Assembly: GCA_963825135.1 (NCBI GenBank)
Contig: CAWGRW010000009.1
Span: forward strand, 1,120,001-1,184,000
Length of the DNA: 64,000 bases
Source of the DNA: an uncultured bacterium
GTDB taxonomy: Bacteria; Desulfobacterota_D; UBA1144; Nemesobacterales; UBA2774
Direction of reading: 5' to 3'
The position numbers and the translations under genes are program-made. The notes beneath the pieces were generated by a model that was given only the letters and a program-made list of their open reading frames with translations, searched no databases and was not told the origin of the DNA. Numbering within the stretch: position 1 is the stretch's first letter; every line of letters starts with the position of its first letter. Shown in pieces: positions 10,260 through 20,586 of the stretch.

Positions 10260-10406
10260 GGGAAATTCGTATCTCCCCTCAATGGCCTTGTCACTCTTCC
10301 TTCTAAGGGGTTATTATTCGAGAGTGGGAATTTCTTTTAGGTAAACCACAAATAGTTTTTCAGCACGGAATAAGAATTCATTTGACCGGTGTAAAAAATC
10401 ATTCGG

Positions 10407-11939
10407 ATGACATCTGAGAAAAACAGGAAGTGGTGGGCGCTATCCGGGTTGAGCATGGCGTGCCTAATCGGCTATCTCGATTTCGCGATCGTTAATACGG
10501 CCCTGCCGGATATACAGAAGGAGCTCCGCGTCGGCTTTGGAGAACTGCAGTGGGTAATGAACGTATTCGTTCTCGCCCTCAGCATATTCATGGTCAACAT
10601 GGGGAGGTTCGGCGATACATTCGGCAGGAGGCCCCTGCTCTATCTCGGTCTCGCGTTATTCGGCATTGCTTCGCTCTTTTCAGGGCTGGCGTCAAACGGC
10701 CTCGTCCTCATAGCTTTCCGGGCGCTCCAGGGTGCGGGGCTCGCGATGATAATCCCATCTTCTCTGGCGCTCATTTCAGACACTTTCCCTCAGGGGGAGA
10801 GGGGGCGGGCGATCGGCATCTGGACGAGCGTTACGGGGCTGGGTGTGGCGCTCGGTCCCGTTCTCGGCGGCATTATAACGAGCGCACTCAGCTGGAGGTG
10901 GATATTTTTCGTCAACATACCCATATTGACGGTCGCTGCGGCTATTTGTCTTATCAGTGTAAAAGAATCAGTCCGGGGGGAAGGGGAGAAAACTATAGAC
11001 TGGTACGGGTTCTTTCTGATGATGATAGGAATAGGTGCGCTGGTTTCCGCAATTATACAGGGCCCCGAGTGGGGCTGGCATTCGGCTATGACTATATTGC
11101 TATTTCTCGTATCCGCAATTTCCCTGGCATCGCTGTACCTTGTCGAATGCAGGGTGAAATCCCCGATCATCGATTTCAAACTGTTTATGTCGCGGGGCTT
11201 CCTCTCGGGGGCTTTCGCCAATTTCACGCTCGTGGCGTTCGGCTATTCCGCGTTTTTTCTGATGCCTCTTTACCTGGGGGACATTCTGAGGAAAGAGGCT
11301 TTCGAAATAGGCCTGCTCCTCCTGCCTATAACGGTGCTGATCGTGCTCGTCGCCCCGGTTGCGGGCAGGGTGGTCGATTCAAGGGGGGCCAAGCTCCCGA
11401 TCCTGGCGGGCTTGTCCGCCCTGGCTCTCAATGCCCTGATACAGGCCACCTTTAAGCCCGACAGCTCATTAATTTACATCGTTTTCGGGTTCCTGTTCAT
11501 GGGGTTGGGATGGGGCTCCATATTCGGCTCGGGGGCTTTCGCCGCTATCTCATCGTTGCCGAAGGATCTGGCCGGAACAGCGACAGGGGCGCTATGGACG
11601 TTCCAGAATCTGGGGGGCTCGATAGGGCTTGCGGTCGCGGGCGTTATTTTCAGGCTGGAAGAGAGGTTGTCGATGGAAAGCGGCTTATCCTCAGCCGGTG
11701 TAGAGCTCACCGGGCAGCAGCAGGATCTTATAAGGACAATTTTGTCGGACCCTGAAAGAGCGAGGCACGTCCTGAGCCGGTTCACGGACGCGATGTCCGG
11801 TCGTATACTCCCTGTCTTCGAGAACGCTTTCATGAAAGGGTACTCTTCAGCGTTCATATTCCTCCTCTGCCTTACCGCCGGGGCCTTTATCCTTATAGCT
11901 TTAATTATGAAGGACATTAAGAGAGAGAAAACCGGTTAA
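10407..11939 (+). CDS. MFS drug:H+ antiporter, DHA2 (EmrB/QacA) type
   Basis: LDFAIVNTALP, GRFGDTFGRR, RALQG, WRWIFFVNIP. About 14 TM segments. Confidence 0.92.
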   Translation: MTSEKNRKWWALSGLSMACLIGYLDFAIVNTALPDIQKELRVGFGELQWVMNVFVLALSIFMVNMGRFGDTFGRRPLLYLGLALFGIASLFSGLASNGLVLIAFRALQGAGLAMIIPSSLALISDTFPQGERGRAIGIWTSVTGLGVALGPVLGGIITSALSWRWIFFVNIPILTVAAAICLISVKESVRGEGEKTIDWYGFFLMMIGIGALVSAIIQGPEWGWHSAMTILLFLVSAISLASLYLVECRVKSPIIDFKLFMSRGFLSGAFANFTLVAFGYSAFFLMPLYLGDILRKEAFEIGLLLLPITVLIVLVAPVAGRVVDSRGAKLPILAGLSALALNALIQATFKPDSSLIYIVFGFLFMGLGWGSIFGSGAFAAISSLPKDLAGTATGALWTFQNLGGSIGLAVAGVIFRLEERLSMESGLSSAGVELTGQQQDLIRTILSDPERARHVLSRFTDAMSGRILPVFENAFMKGYSSAFIFLLCLTAGAFILIALIMKDIKREKTG

Positions 11940-11999
11940 TTAATCGCGTGTACAAATCAGGACTAAAATCTCTAGTCCGGGATATACGGAGGTCTCATA

Positions 12000-12752
12000 A
12001 TGAAAAACGATATTCCCCGAATGCCCGAGCCGGTTGAGAACGGGATGATGATCCCGACATTGGACCGTCAGGGATGGATCTGGCTGTATAAGGACGAGAT
12101 AACGGAGTCTTATATCGATTATTCTGCCAAGACCAGGGGGTTGATGCTGGAGGTAGGTGCGGGATACGGTCACATCGTTTTAGAGGTTTTGAAAACAGGG
12201 GCGCGCGTTATTGCGGTCGAGATTTCTAAGGAGCAGCTCGCAATTATAAAACGCCGGGCTGCTGAGAGCCGGCTTTCCGGACTGGAAACCATCAATGCAG
12301 AATTCCCCGAAAAATTAGATCTGCCCGGGGACGCAATCGACGGAATCCTAATCTCTCGCGTCTTTCATTTTTTCACCGGAAGCAGGATAAGAGAGAGCCT
12401 TCGAAAGATTCATAGCTGGCTCAGGCCCGGGGGGAAGGTCTTTATAGTGACGGACTCGGTCTACAGGACGATTTTCAGAGAGCTTATTCCGCAATACGAG
12501 AAAAACGTCTCGGGCGGGGTCGAGTGGCCCGGCTGGGTGGATGACGTGCGCAGGCTCGTACCGAAAGGGAGGATCGACCCCGAAACCCAGCCATTGGCGA
12601 TGAACCTGATGGATCCCGCAATAATACGGCGGGAGCTGGTCTTGGCCGGATTCGAAGTGGAGGTGTCTTCCTTTTTTAAATACGCGGCTGAACCTGATTA
12701 TGCGAGACTCGACGGTCGGGAGATCACGGGCGCAATAGGAATAAAGGTCTAA
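12000..12752 (+). CDS. Class I SAM-dependent methyltransferase
   Basis: LEVGAGYG motif I, VEIS, LRPGGKV. Confidence 0.85.
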   Translation: MKNDIPRMPEPVENGMMIPTLDRQGWIWLYKDEITESYIDYSAKTRGLMLEVGAGYGHIVLEVLKTGARVIAVEISKEQLAIIKRRAAESRLSGLETINAEFPEKLDLPGDAIDGILISRVFHFFTGSRIRESLRKIHSWLRPGGKVFIVTDSVYRTIFRELIPQYEKNVSGGVEWPGWVDDVRRLVPKGRIDPETQPLAMNLMDPAIIRRELVLAGFEVEVSSFFKYAAEPDYARLDGREITGAIGIKV

Positions 12753-12890
12753 GCATTTTTAATTCCATCGGAATTCGACCCGAACGGCCGCCGATTAAAG
12801 CCTCATCATCGAAATCTTCTTCAAATCCCCGGCGAATTTTGTTAGTATAGAGTATCTTACTGCCTATGTATTTCTCTTAAGGGGGTCAAT

Positions 12891-14846
12891 ATGGCTGACG
12901 TCGAAAAAACTATCGAGGACTTGCTTATCGAAGGCCGCACCTTTGCGCCCGGCAAGAAACTGAGAAAGAACGCCAACATAAAGGACGAGTCGGTTTATAA
13001 AAAAGCCGCCCGGAACAATGAAAAATTCTGGGCGAACTTCGCGAAAGAGCTCGACTGGTTCAAAAAATGGAGAAAGGTACTCAAGTGGAAGGTCCCCCAT
13101 TCAAAATGGTTCATCGGCGGCAAGCTGAACGTCTCGTACAACTGTATCGACAGGCACATTAATACGGCGAGAAAGAATAAAGCCGCGATAATATGGGAGG
13201 CGGAATCCGGGGAGAGCGTCACTCTCACATACGGGCAGCTCTACAGGGAGGTAAATAAGTTCGCCAATGTGCTCAAGGCGCTCGGCGTCAAGAGGGGGGA
13301 CAGGATTACGATATACCTGCCGATGATCCCCGAGCTCGCAATCGCCATGCTCGCCTGCACGAGGATAGGAGCGCCCCACAGCATCGTATTCGGAGGGTTC
13401 AGCGCGGAGAGCCTCAAGGACAGGATCAACGATTCGCAGGCGCGGGTGCTGATAACGTCTGACGGCGGGTACAGAAGGGGAGGGCTGGTGCCGCTTAAGA
13501 AGAACGCCGACGATGCGCTCACTGATACGCCGAGCATCGAAAAGGTCGTCGTCGTAAAAAGGGTCGGGGACAAGGCCGACATCAAGATGAAGAAGGGGAG
13601 AGACCTCTGGTGGCACGAGCTCATGGAGAAGGCGCCTTCTTATTGCGAGCCTGAACAAATGGACAGCGAGGATATGCTCTTCATGCTCTATACGAGCGGG
13701 ACTACCGGAAAGCCCAAGGGCATAGTCCACACGACCGGAGGCTATCTGGTGGGCGTTTACGCGACCACCAAATGGGTGTTCGACCTGAAGGAGGAGGACA
13801 CGTTCTGGTGCACGGCGGACATCGGGTGGGTGACCGGCCACAGCTACATCATCTACGGCCCTCTGGCCAACGGCGCGACGTCGCTGATGTACGAAGGCGC
13901 GCCCGACTACCCGGACATCGGCAGGTTCTGGGCGATAGTCGAAAAATACCGCGTGAATATCTTTTATACCGCCCCTACCGTGATCAGGACCTTTATGAGG
14001 TGGGGCGAGGAATATCCGAAAAAATACGACCTCAGCTCGCTCCGCCTCCTGGGTTCTGTCGGGGAGCCGATAAACCCCGAGGCCTGGATGTGGTACTACA
14101 ACCATATCGGAAGAGGCATGTGTCCGGTAGTCGATACGTGGTGGCAGACCGAGACGGGCTCGATACTCATTACCCCCCTGCCCGGCATCACCAAATTAAA
14201 GCCTGGCTCGGCCACAAAGCCGTTTCCGGGCATCGTAGCGGACATAGTCGACGAGAACGGGAAGACGATCAAGGAGGGAGCTGGATATCTCGTGCTAAGG
14301 AACCCATGGCCCTCCATGCTGAGGACGATATACGGCGATCCGAAGCGCTATGTCGATCACTACTGGAGCAGGTTCCCGGGCGTCTATTTTACCGGAGACG
14401 GGGCCAAGCGGGACAAGGACGGGTACTTCTGGCTCCTCGGGCGCGTGGACGACGTTATGAACGTGGCTGGGCACAGGATAAGCACGATGGAGGTGGAGAG
14501 CGCCCTCGTCGATCACCCTTCAGTCGCCGAGGCTGCCGTAATCGGAAGGCACGACGAGCTCAAGGGACAGGCCATAGTGGCGTTCACCACGCTTAAGAAG
14601 AGCGCCAGGCATGATAAGGATATTATAGACGAGCTGAGGAACCACGTGGTTAAGAAAATAGGCGCGATAGCGAAGCCCGACGAGATAATCTTTACGGCTG
14701 AGCTTCCGAAGACCAGGAGCGGGAAGATTATGAGGAGACTCCTCAAGAATATCGCCGAAGGGGCTGTGCTCGGAGATACTACCACGCTTGCCGATCCGAC
14801 GGTAGTTCAGAACCTGAAAGACCAGTACGAGCACCTCGAGGGTTAA
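12891..14846 (+). CDS. acs: Acetate--CoA ligase
   Basis: [29 protein letters not shown]. Confidence 0.97.
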   Translation: MADVEKTIEDLLIEGRTFAPGKKLRKNANIKDESVYKKAARNNEKFWANFAKELDWFKKWRKVLKWKVPHSKWFIGGKLNVSYNCIDRHINTARKNKAAIIWEAESGESVTLTYGQLYREVNKFANVLKALGVKRGDRITIYLPMIPELAIAMLACTRIGAPHSIVFGGFSAESLKDRINDSQARVLITSDGGYRRGGLVPLKKNADDALTDTPSIEKVVVVKRVGDKADIKMKKGRDLWWHELMEKAPSYCEPEQMDSEDMLFMLYTSGTTGKPKGIVHTTGGYLVGVYATTKWVFDLKEEDTFWCTADIGWVTGHSYIIYGPLANGATSLMYEGAPDYPDIGRFWAIVEKYRVNIFYTAPTVIRTFMRWGEEYPKKYDLSSLRLLGSVGEPINPEAWMWYYNHIGRGMCPVVDTWWQTETGSILITPLPGITKLKPGSATKPFPGIVADIVDENGKTIKEGAGYLVLRNPWPSMLRTIYGDPKRYVDHYWSRFPGVYFTGDGAKRDKDGYFWLLGRVDDVMNVAGHRISTMEVESALVDHPSVAEAAVIGRHDELKGQAIVAFTTLKKSARHDKDIIDELRNHVVKKIGAIAKPDEIIFTAELPKTRSGKIMRRLLKNIAEGAVLGDTTTLADPTVVQNLKDQYEHLEG

Positions 14847-14875
14847 ATACCGGCCTGCCTCTGATAATGAGGCGG

Positions 14876-15295
14876 TTAATCCGCGGCGTCGGGAGGGGTT
14901 GTGTCGGCCTTATGATTCCTGAATTTCTCTATATCGTTTTTCGCCGACGCCACGACGAACCCTATAACGCTCGCGTCATCCAGAAGCCCTGCTGCGGGCA
15001 ATATGTCCGGTATCGCGTCGAACGGGTTTACGAAGTAAAGGACCGCGCCCGTCCCGAGAAGTAACGTTCTCCAGGGCACATCCCTGTACTCACCCCTTAT
15101 CCAGGCCCTGAGAAGCTCGACAAGCGTTTCTATGTCGCTCTTTACGGAGGAAAGCCTGGCGCCGCCCGATTCTATTTTGGCGGATGCCGAGCCTATGAGG
15201 TTGATCAAGGCTCTTCTGTCGTTTAACAGAGAGCCGGCCATTGTGACGGCTTTCAAGATATAGGGGTCCAGCCTGATTTGTGAGTTAATCCGCAT
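14876..15295 (-). CDS. YkvA / DUF1232 family membrane protein
   Basis: YFVNPFDAIPD..GLLDD motif. Confidence 0.85.
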   Translation of the reverse strand: MRINSQIRLDPYILKAVTMAGSLLNDRRALINLIGSASAKIESGGARLSSVKSDIETLVELLRAWIRGEYRDVPWRTLLLGTGAVLYFVNPFDAIPDILPAAGLLDDASVIGFVVASAKNDIEKFRNHKADTTPPDAAD

Positions 15296-15350
15296 TGAGA
15301 TTAAATATAATCAGAGCCGGCGTGGATTCCAGTATTGTTTTGTACCGGGC

Positions 15351-15590
15351 TTAAATCAGGTCCTTTAAGGTGAGTCCGTTATCCTTGAGGAATGCGGAAA
15401 TGCCCTTCTTGTTAATCGTCCGGAGCGCGCGCGTCGAAACCCTGATTCTGATATTCCGGTCAAGCTCGGGCACGAAGACGTGCTTCCACTGGAGGTTTGG
15501 GTTCTGGCGGCGTTTCACCTTGTTGTTTGCGTGCGAAACGTTGTTCCCCACGAGCGGGCTTTTTCCGGTTATCATGCATTTCTGAGACAT
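15351..15590 (-). CDS. rpmB: 50S ribosomal protein L28
   Basis: MSQKCMITGK..GNNVSHANNK.KRRQ.PNLQ. ATG at 15590 after GAGGTG. Confidence 0.95.
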   Translation of the reverse strand: MSQKCMITGKSPLVGNNVSHANNKVKRRQNPNLQWKHVFVPELDRNIRIRVSTRALRTINKKGISAFLKDNGLTLKDLI

Positions 15591-15817
15591 CGCTATCACC
15601 TCGTCTTTTCTTTCAGAAGAACAGTTATTATTCCACAGTAATTAATTTTGTAAACCCGGGCCTGTATCATGCGTCGGTCTTCATGCCCGCCCATCGAATA
15701 TATTATATCAATAATTAGAGGGGATTCCGCGTATAAGTACCATCAATCCCGGATGTAGCGGATTGCCGGTTTTTATTCCGCCAATATGTGACTATTTGCC
15801 GGAAAGCCCGAGACGGC

Positions 15818-16624
15818 TCATTCCCTGACGACGCTGATGTCCCGCTCCGTATTGTTAAACGCGCCGCTTACTGTGTTACCGTCTTTATCCAGAAGCTCGA
15901 GCTTTACGGCGTAATCACCCGTCGTAAGCCCTGTCACATAAGCCGGGGTCCATTCCGTAAGAATGATCGACGTGACCTCTCCCGTCGAATCCTTTTTCCT
16001 GATTGTGTATTTCGCTTTATACCCGTCGGGGCTTAGCTCGACGTTGTATAAATAAAAGTCGAGCAGAATCCTGTCTGAGCCCGCCCCCTCGTACTTACCC
16101 TTGGGCCTGCTGTAGATAATGGCCGGCTTTGATTTGTCGAGCATGAACTCCCCTTCTTTCTTCCCGACATAGAAATTGACAAAATCCGCCGCATCCGGCG
16201 ACTTCACGCTCTCGTGATAGGAGCGGCTAGGAAATACTACGAGCGTATGAGGACCCTCTTTGAGCGTCCCGATCTCAAACGGTTTTCCCGATTGATAATC
16301 CGCCAGATACGGGTCGTTATCCAGTATTATGTGGGCGTGCTGCCCCTGAGCGGAATTCATTATTTCTTTGGCCCTTTCCGTATCGGTCTGGACGCCGAGC
16401 TCGTACTTATCGACGTCGACTACGACCGAGACATCCGGGCTCTTGAGCACTTCTCCGTCCTTGAGTGAAGCGAACCGCGCTTTTGCTCCGGGGAAAGCGG
16501 GAGAGTTCGCGACGGCCTCGATCTTCACTTCATCACCCCCTGCCGCTGTTGCCGCGATTGTCCCTGCCGCCGATCCGATCAGAATTGCCGCAAAAAACAG
16601 TAAAATTATGGAAACCTTGTGCAT
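15818..16624 (-). CDS. Conserved exported hypothetical protein with Ig-like repeats and His motifs
   Basis: Signal peptide, GQHAHIILDNDPY, HTLVVFPSRSYHESVK, YSRPKG.Y. Start after AAGGAG. Confidence 0.65.
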   Translation of the reverse strand: MHKVSIILLFFAAILIGSAAGTIAATAAGGDEVKIEAVANSPAFPGAKARFASLKDGEVLKSPDVSVVVDVDKYELGVQTDTERAKEIMNSAQGQHAHIILDNDPYLADYQSGKPFEIGTLKEGPHTLVVFPSRSYHESVKSPDAADFVNFYVGKKEGEFMLDKSKPAIIYSRPKGKYEGAGSDRILLDFYLYNVELSPDGYKAKYTIRKKDSTGEVTSIILTEWTPAYVTGLTTGDYAVKLELLDKDGNTVSGAFNNTERDISVVRE

Positions 16625-16729
16625 GTTTCGATGCTCCTTTTGCAATTAATCTCTATATATGTATTCTAATGGTTTAAAGGCTCGATGCCAGTAAAATTTT
16701 ATTTTGACCGATCTGGGCCCGGATAATGC

Positions 16730-16996
16730 ATGATTGACAAGGAATTGCTTGACATAATAGTCTGCCCCGAAACAAAACAGGACCTGGTCCTTGCCGAGCC
16801 CGGACTGGTGGACAGAATAAACCTGCTCATAGATAAGGGAGAAGTGATGAACAGGTCGAAACAGAAGGTGTCCGAAAAAATCGAGGGCGGGCTGATACAA
16901 AAGGAAGACCGTAAATACCTGTATCCGATAAGGGATAACATCCCGATACTGCTAATCGACGAGTCTATACCGCTCGAAGCGCTCAATAATTCTTAA
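16730..16996 (+). CDS. Trm112 family protein
   Basis: LLDIIVCPETK ... YPIRDNIPILL. Confidence 0.85.
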   Translation: MIDKELLDIIVCPETKQDLVLAEPGLVDRINLLIDKGEVMNRSKQKVSEKIEGGLIQKEDRKYLYPIRDNIPILLIDESIPLEALNNS

Positions 16997-17492
16997 AGAC
17001 CTCCACCTTGTCTGCGGTCATTGAATATAGTCCGCCTACAAGGTTTTCATTGACTACTTCGAACCTGCCCGTGACCCTGAGCGGTATGTCAGTCATGTAT
17101 TTCGTGCTTTTTCCTTCAGGCATTTCCACGTATACAAAATCATTTACCCTAGGCATTATTCCGAAGCAGCACCCCATCTGATTATTAAGGAGCATGAAGC
17201 TTTTGACAACGCCCGAATCGAAATCGATCGGGAGCATGAATCCGGTAATGTTCACTATCTTTCCGTTGAGTTCCTTTACCTTTTCCGGGATCCTCTCGTC
17301 CCTTTCGTAGTCGAACCCTCCCAGGAAATCGAAGTCGACTTTTATTGCCCCGTTTTCAGTTTCAACCGCATTCACAGCGGAATAATCGAAACTCGGCGTG
17401 GGTCTGTAATGTATCCCCAATATAGGCAGGAACAGAATACTGCAGACTACAAGGGCTTTTGTAATCAGCTTGTTCCAGTTTATGCGTTTCAT
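16983..17492 (-). CDS. DUF3299 family protein (ZrgD/E-like)
   Basis: LNGKIV.ITGFMLP, F.L, CCFG..P, V.VEM. N-terminal membrane anchor. Start uncertain (17492 or 17534). Confidence 0.75.
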   Translation of the reverse strand: MKRINWNKLITKALVVCSILFLPILGIHYRPTPSFDYSAVNAVETENGAIKVDFDFLGGFDYERDERIPEKVKELNGKIVNITGFMLPIDFDSGVVKSFMLLNNQMGCCFGIMPRVNDFVYVEMPEGKSTKYMTDIPLRVTGRFEVVNENLVGGLYSMTADKVEVFKNY

Positions 17493-17539
17493 ATCATTCA
17501 ATTTGTTGCTCCTGATGAGATCGGTTCTCTTCAAAAGAT

Positions 17540-18034
17540 TTACTCGTTTCCCTCTGGAAACCCGAATTTAACATCTTTGAAACTTTGTCCCTTAATATTT
17601 ATAGCTGAAATGACTCCGTCGAAGTTATGTACACCCTTCAATTTGTCCGATTGGGCGGTAAATTCGGAAGTGTCGCCCAGTGTCTCGCCCGTGAGAACGT
17701 TCGGCACAGCCTCTAATTTTAAAATATAGATTATTTTACCCTCTCCTACGCCTTGCGAGTTTACGGTCGTGATTCGAATCTCTATGTCGTCCTGCTCTAT
17801 GCGTACAGGATTTTCAGCTTCCCCGTCGAGAGAATAGCCGGTCAGGGTCCCTGTCCCGGGATCCAGGACAAGCTCCAGGTGCGCGAATTCCTCACCGAAC
17901 TCGACTAAAGTCCCCCCGTGCGGGGCGTGATGTTCGTGTGCGGTTAGAGCCGAAGCCGAGAACAATAGAGCTAAAAATACCGCGATTAACTGTTTCATTC
18001 TTGCTCTCCCTGTAAGATTATTGGCTGGATCCAT
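17540..18034 (-). CDS. His-rich periplasmic putative metal-binding protein
   Basis: Signal peptide, then AHEHHAPHGG..HLELV. Lies within the metal ABC operon. Confidence 0.7.
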   Translation of the reverse strand: MDPANNLTGRARMKQLIAVFLALLFSASALTAHEHHAPHGGTLVEFGEEFAHLELVLDPGTGTLTGYSLDGEAENPVRIEQDDIEIRITTVNSQGVGEGKIIYILKLEAVPNVLTGETLGDTSEFTAQSDKLKGVHNFDGVISAINIKGQSFKDVKFGFPEGNE

Positions 18035-18043
18035 ATTTTCTCC

Positions 18044-19309
18044 TCATGTCGATGGCGCGAGATTAGTCGCAACGTCCGTGGAGTATGCTTTTACGGCGGG
18101 GATTATCCCTGCTCCGGCGCCCAGCAGAACCATGACGACCGGATTTATAATCAGCACCCAGTTAAACTGGAATATGTCGAGCGCAACGCCCGTTTGCTCC
18201 CTGACGATCACTGCAGCCGCGGTTAAAATTGCTCCGTAGACCAGGTACCCAAATAAAGTTCCTATGAGCGCTATCGATGCGGACTCCGCAACTATTGCCG
18301 TAAATACCGTATTTCTCCTTGCTCCGAGCGCCCTGAGAATCGCGAACTCCCGTCTCCTCTCGTTCATAGTGTTGTATATGCTTGCCAGGATGGACCCTGC
18401 CGCTACGACAACGACGAGATACGCGATTAGCGTCAGGATATTGTTCACCCATCCGATTTTTCCGAACAGGTCTGCCATTACCTTTCCGATCGGCCATGCG
18501 AGCGTCGCGACTTTTCCCTGTTTGTTTATCGTCTGATCGAGTAAGAACCCCGCCTGCGGATTTTTCAGCTTGAGCATAACGGCGCTCACTTCCTTGTCTT
18601 TGTCGGGTATTTCCTGCCCCGCGACAGGTGTGTAAATCTCTCCCGCTCCCCTGAGCACGTGTCCCGACATACGGTAGAATTCCTCGATCGGTATCCAGAC
18701 CACCCTGTCGGAAGGTGAGTTCGTAGGTTCCAAGACCCCGACTACTGTGTACTCATCCTCGTGGCGCATCCTTTCGTCGAATACCAGGCCGTGGAAGGGG
18801 TGGAATTTCGAGCCTACCTTCAAGCCGGTCTTATCTGCGACGTAGCTGCCGACGACGGCTTCTTTTTTTTGAGGGTCGAAAAGCCTGCCTCCCGGACTGA
18901 CTTTGAATTTTTTTCCTTTACGGTATTCGAAGTCCGTAAATAATTGTTTATCCGTTCCTACGATCCTCCAGCCCCTGTAATTGTCTCCGACCGCATAGGG
19001 GATAGCGAGCACGACGTTCGGATTTCGTTTGACCGCCTGATACATTTCCCAGGGAATATTCCCGGGAGATGTTTCGAGGTGAAATACCGCGTTCAATACG
19101 AGCTGCAGCTGACTGCCGCGTGCTCCGAGCACGGCGTCGAATCCGACGGGCCCCCCCGTAAACGCATCATAGGTCTGATTTCTTATGCAGAATACGGACA
19201 TGACGAGGCCAGCTGCGAGCGCCACTGAGATAACAGTCACGACCGTCGATAATTTGTGCTGAGCCAGGCTCTTCCTTACTATAAGAAAAATTCCGGTTAA
19301 TTTGTTCAT
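18044..19309 (-). CDS. ABC transporter permease, FtsX/MacB type (ZrgC-like)
   Basis: GARGSQLQLVLNAVFH, PYAVGDNYRGWRIVGT, ERRREFAILRALGA. Confidence 0.88.
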   Translation of the reverse strand: MNKLTGIFLIVRKSLAQHKLSTVVTVISVALAAGLVMSVFCIRNQTYDAFTGGPVGFDAVLGARGSQLQLVLNAVFHLETSPGNIPWEMYQAVKRNPNVVLAIPYAVGDNYRGWRIVGTDKQLFTDFEYRKGKKFKVSPGGRLFDPQKKEAVVGSYVADKTGLKVGSKFHPFHGLVFDERMRHEDEYTVVGVLEPTNSPSDRVVWIPIEEFYRMSGHVLRGAGEIYTPVAGQEIPDKDKEVSAVMLKLKNPQAGFLLDQTINKQGKVATLAWPIGKVMADLFGKIGWVNNILTLIAYLVVVVAAGSILASIYNTMNERRREFAILRALGARRNTVFTAIVAESASIALIGTLFGYLVYGAILTAAAVIVREQTGVALDIFQFNWVLIINPVVMVLLGAGAGIIPAVKAYSTDVATNLAPST

Positions 19310-19328
19310 AGCAGCACCCGCCTACGCC

Positions 19329-20000
19329 TCAATAACTCAGCGTGCGATTTATTTCACTCAATTTCTCCACTCGCTCGAATTTATCGAGCACGTTCTGATC
19401 GTGGCTAACAAGCAGGAGCGCGGCGTCGTTCTCTCCGCATATCCCGCGGATCAGGTTTACAGCTTCGCCCGAATTCCGGAAGTCGAGGTTACCGGTCGGC
19501 TCGTCTGCCAGGACAAGCTTTGGACGGTTTGCCAGCGCTCTCGCTACGGCCATCCGTTGCTGCTGTCCGACCGACAGCTGACCGGGCTTGTAGTCGATTC
19601 TGTCACCGAGGCCCACCCTTTCAAGAAGTGAAAGCGCCAGATCCTTGTCCTCTCCTCTGCCGAACATCATCCCGAGCATTACGTTCTCAAGCGCCGAATA
19701 GCCCTGCAGCAGGTTGAAGGTTTGAAATATATATCCTATGTTTTCCGCCCTGAGTCTGTCTCTTGCCGATTCGGAAAGAGAAAACATATCCTTCCCCGCA
19801 AGGAGTACGCTTCCGCTATCGGGTCTCAGAATACCCGCGATGAGATTCAGGAGGGTCGTTTTTCCGGAACCGCTTTCTCCCCTGAGGGCGATATGTTCCC
19901 CGCTCTCTAGTGAGAGATGAGGTACGTCTATTACCAGAGAGCTTTCTCCTCCGGGGGATATGTAGCTTTTTTTAAGGTCGGCAATTTCCAGTATAGGCAT
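19329..20000 (-). CDS. ABC transporter ATP-binding protein, LolD type (ZrgB-like)
   Basis: GESGSGKT, LSVGQQQR, LADEPTGNLD. Confidence 0.92.
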   Translation of the reverse strand: MPILEIADLKKSYISPGGESSLVIDVPHLSLESGEHIALRGESGSGKTTLLNLIAGILRPDSGSVLLAGKDMFSLSESARDRLRAENIGYIFQTFNLLQGYSALENVMLGMMFGRGEDKDLALSLLERVGLGDRIDYKPGQLSVGQQQRMAVARALANRPKLVLADEPTGNLDFRNSGEAVNLIRGICGENDAALLLVSHDQNVLDKFERVEKLSEINRTLSY

Positions 20001-20010
20001 GTGCGTGTTA

Positions 20011-20586
20011 TTACCTCAGCCAGGGCGGCTTTTCTCCTTCATCTATAGACTCGTTCTTTTCTGTTTTTCCTTCTTTCTGGGCTCCGATAAATAAATTCAT
20101 ATACTTTTCATTAAGCTCTTTTGTAACCGGTTTTGCATATCCCTTTTCTATAAGGAGAACATTCAGCATCTTCCCGCCTGGAACGAATACGTAAGCCGGA
20201 ATGTCTCCCTCTTTTTCCCTCAGCTCCTTATCGGGCTCTACTTTCACGAGCGTCCCTCTTCTCAGTATCGATTCGCAGTATTTCTTCGCTTCCTTTTCAC
20301 TCTCCGCCGGGATGCTGATTCCGGTGAGCCTGATTGTTTCTATGTCCATATCCGGGAGCTGGCAAAAAAAACTGCCGCTTCCTTCGACTCTGACCACGTC
20401 GCAATTAAAGCTTTCGAACTTTAAAAAATCCAGGGTCTCCGCGACTTTTCCGTATTTACTGCACGCGGAGAATATAAGGAACGCTGAAAGCAGCAGCGGC
20501 ATTGCATGCGGGAGACATTTCATAGTCTGCAATAATGCATTCATTATTTGTCTTATCCTCACTCTAAATCCTGATTCTAACCTCAC
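20011..20586 (-). CDS. Thermonuclease (SNase)-fold lipoprotein, catalytic residues degenerate
   Basis: IRL.GI..P, AYVF, MLN.LL..GYA, AQ fold markers and lipobox FSAC. True start probably 20505-20544. Confidence 0.7.
   Translation of the reverse strand: MRLESGFRVRIRQIMNALLQTMKCLPHAMPLLLSAFLIFSACSKYGKVAETLDFLKFESFNCDVVRVEGSGSFFCQLPDMDIETIRLTGISIPAESEKEAKKYCESILRRGTLVKVEPDKELREKEGDIPAYVFVPGGKMLNVLLIEKGYAKPVTKELNEKYMNLFIGAQKEGKTEKNESIDEGEKPPWLR

Noticed and set aside
6172..14596. Long antisense or alternate-frame ORFs (for example 6172-7047, 8619-9686, 10550-11455, 13101-14105)
   Set aside because: Shadow ORFs of GC-rich real genes, with no motifs or start signals.
15600..15817. AT-rich patch upstream of rpmB as a possible mobile-element end
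   Set aside because: No terminal repeat partner, transposase or target duplication visible. Explained by promoter and terminator sequence.
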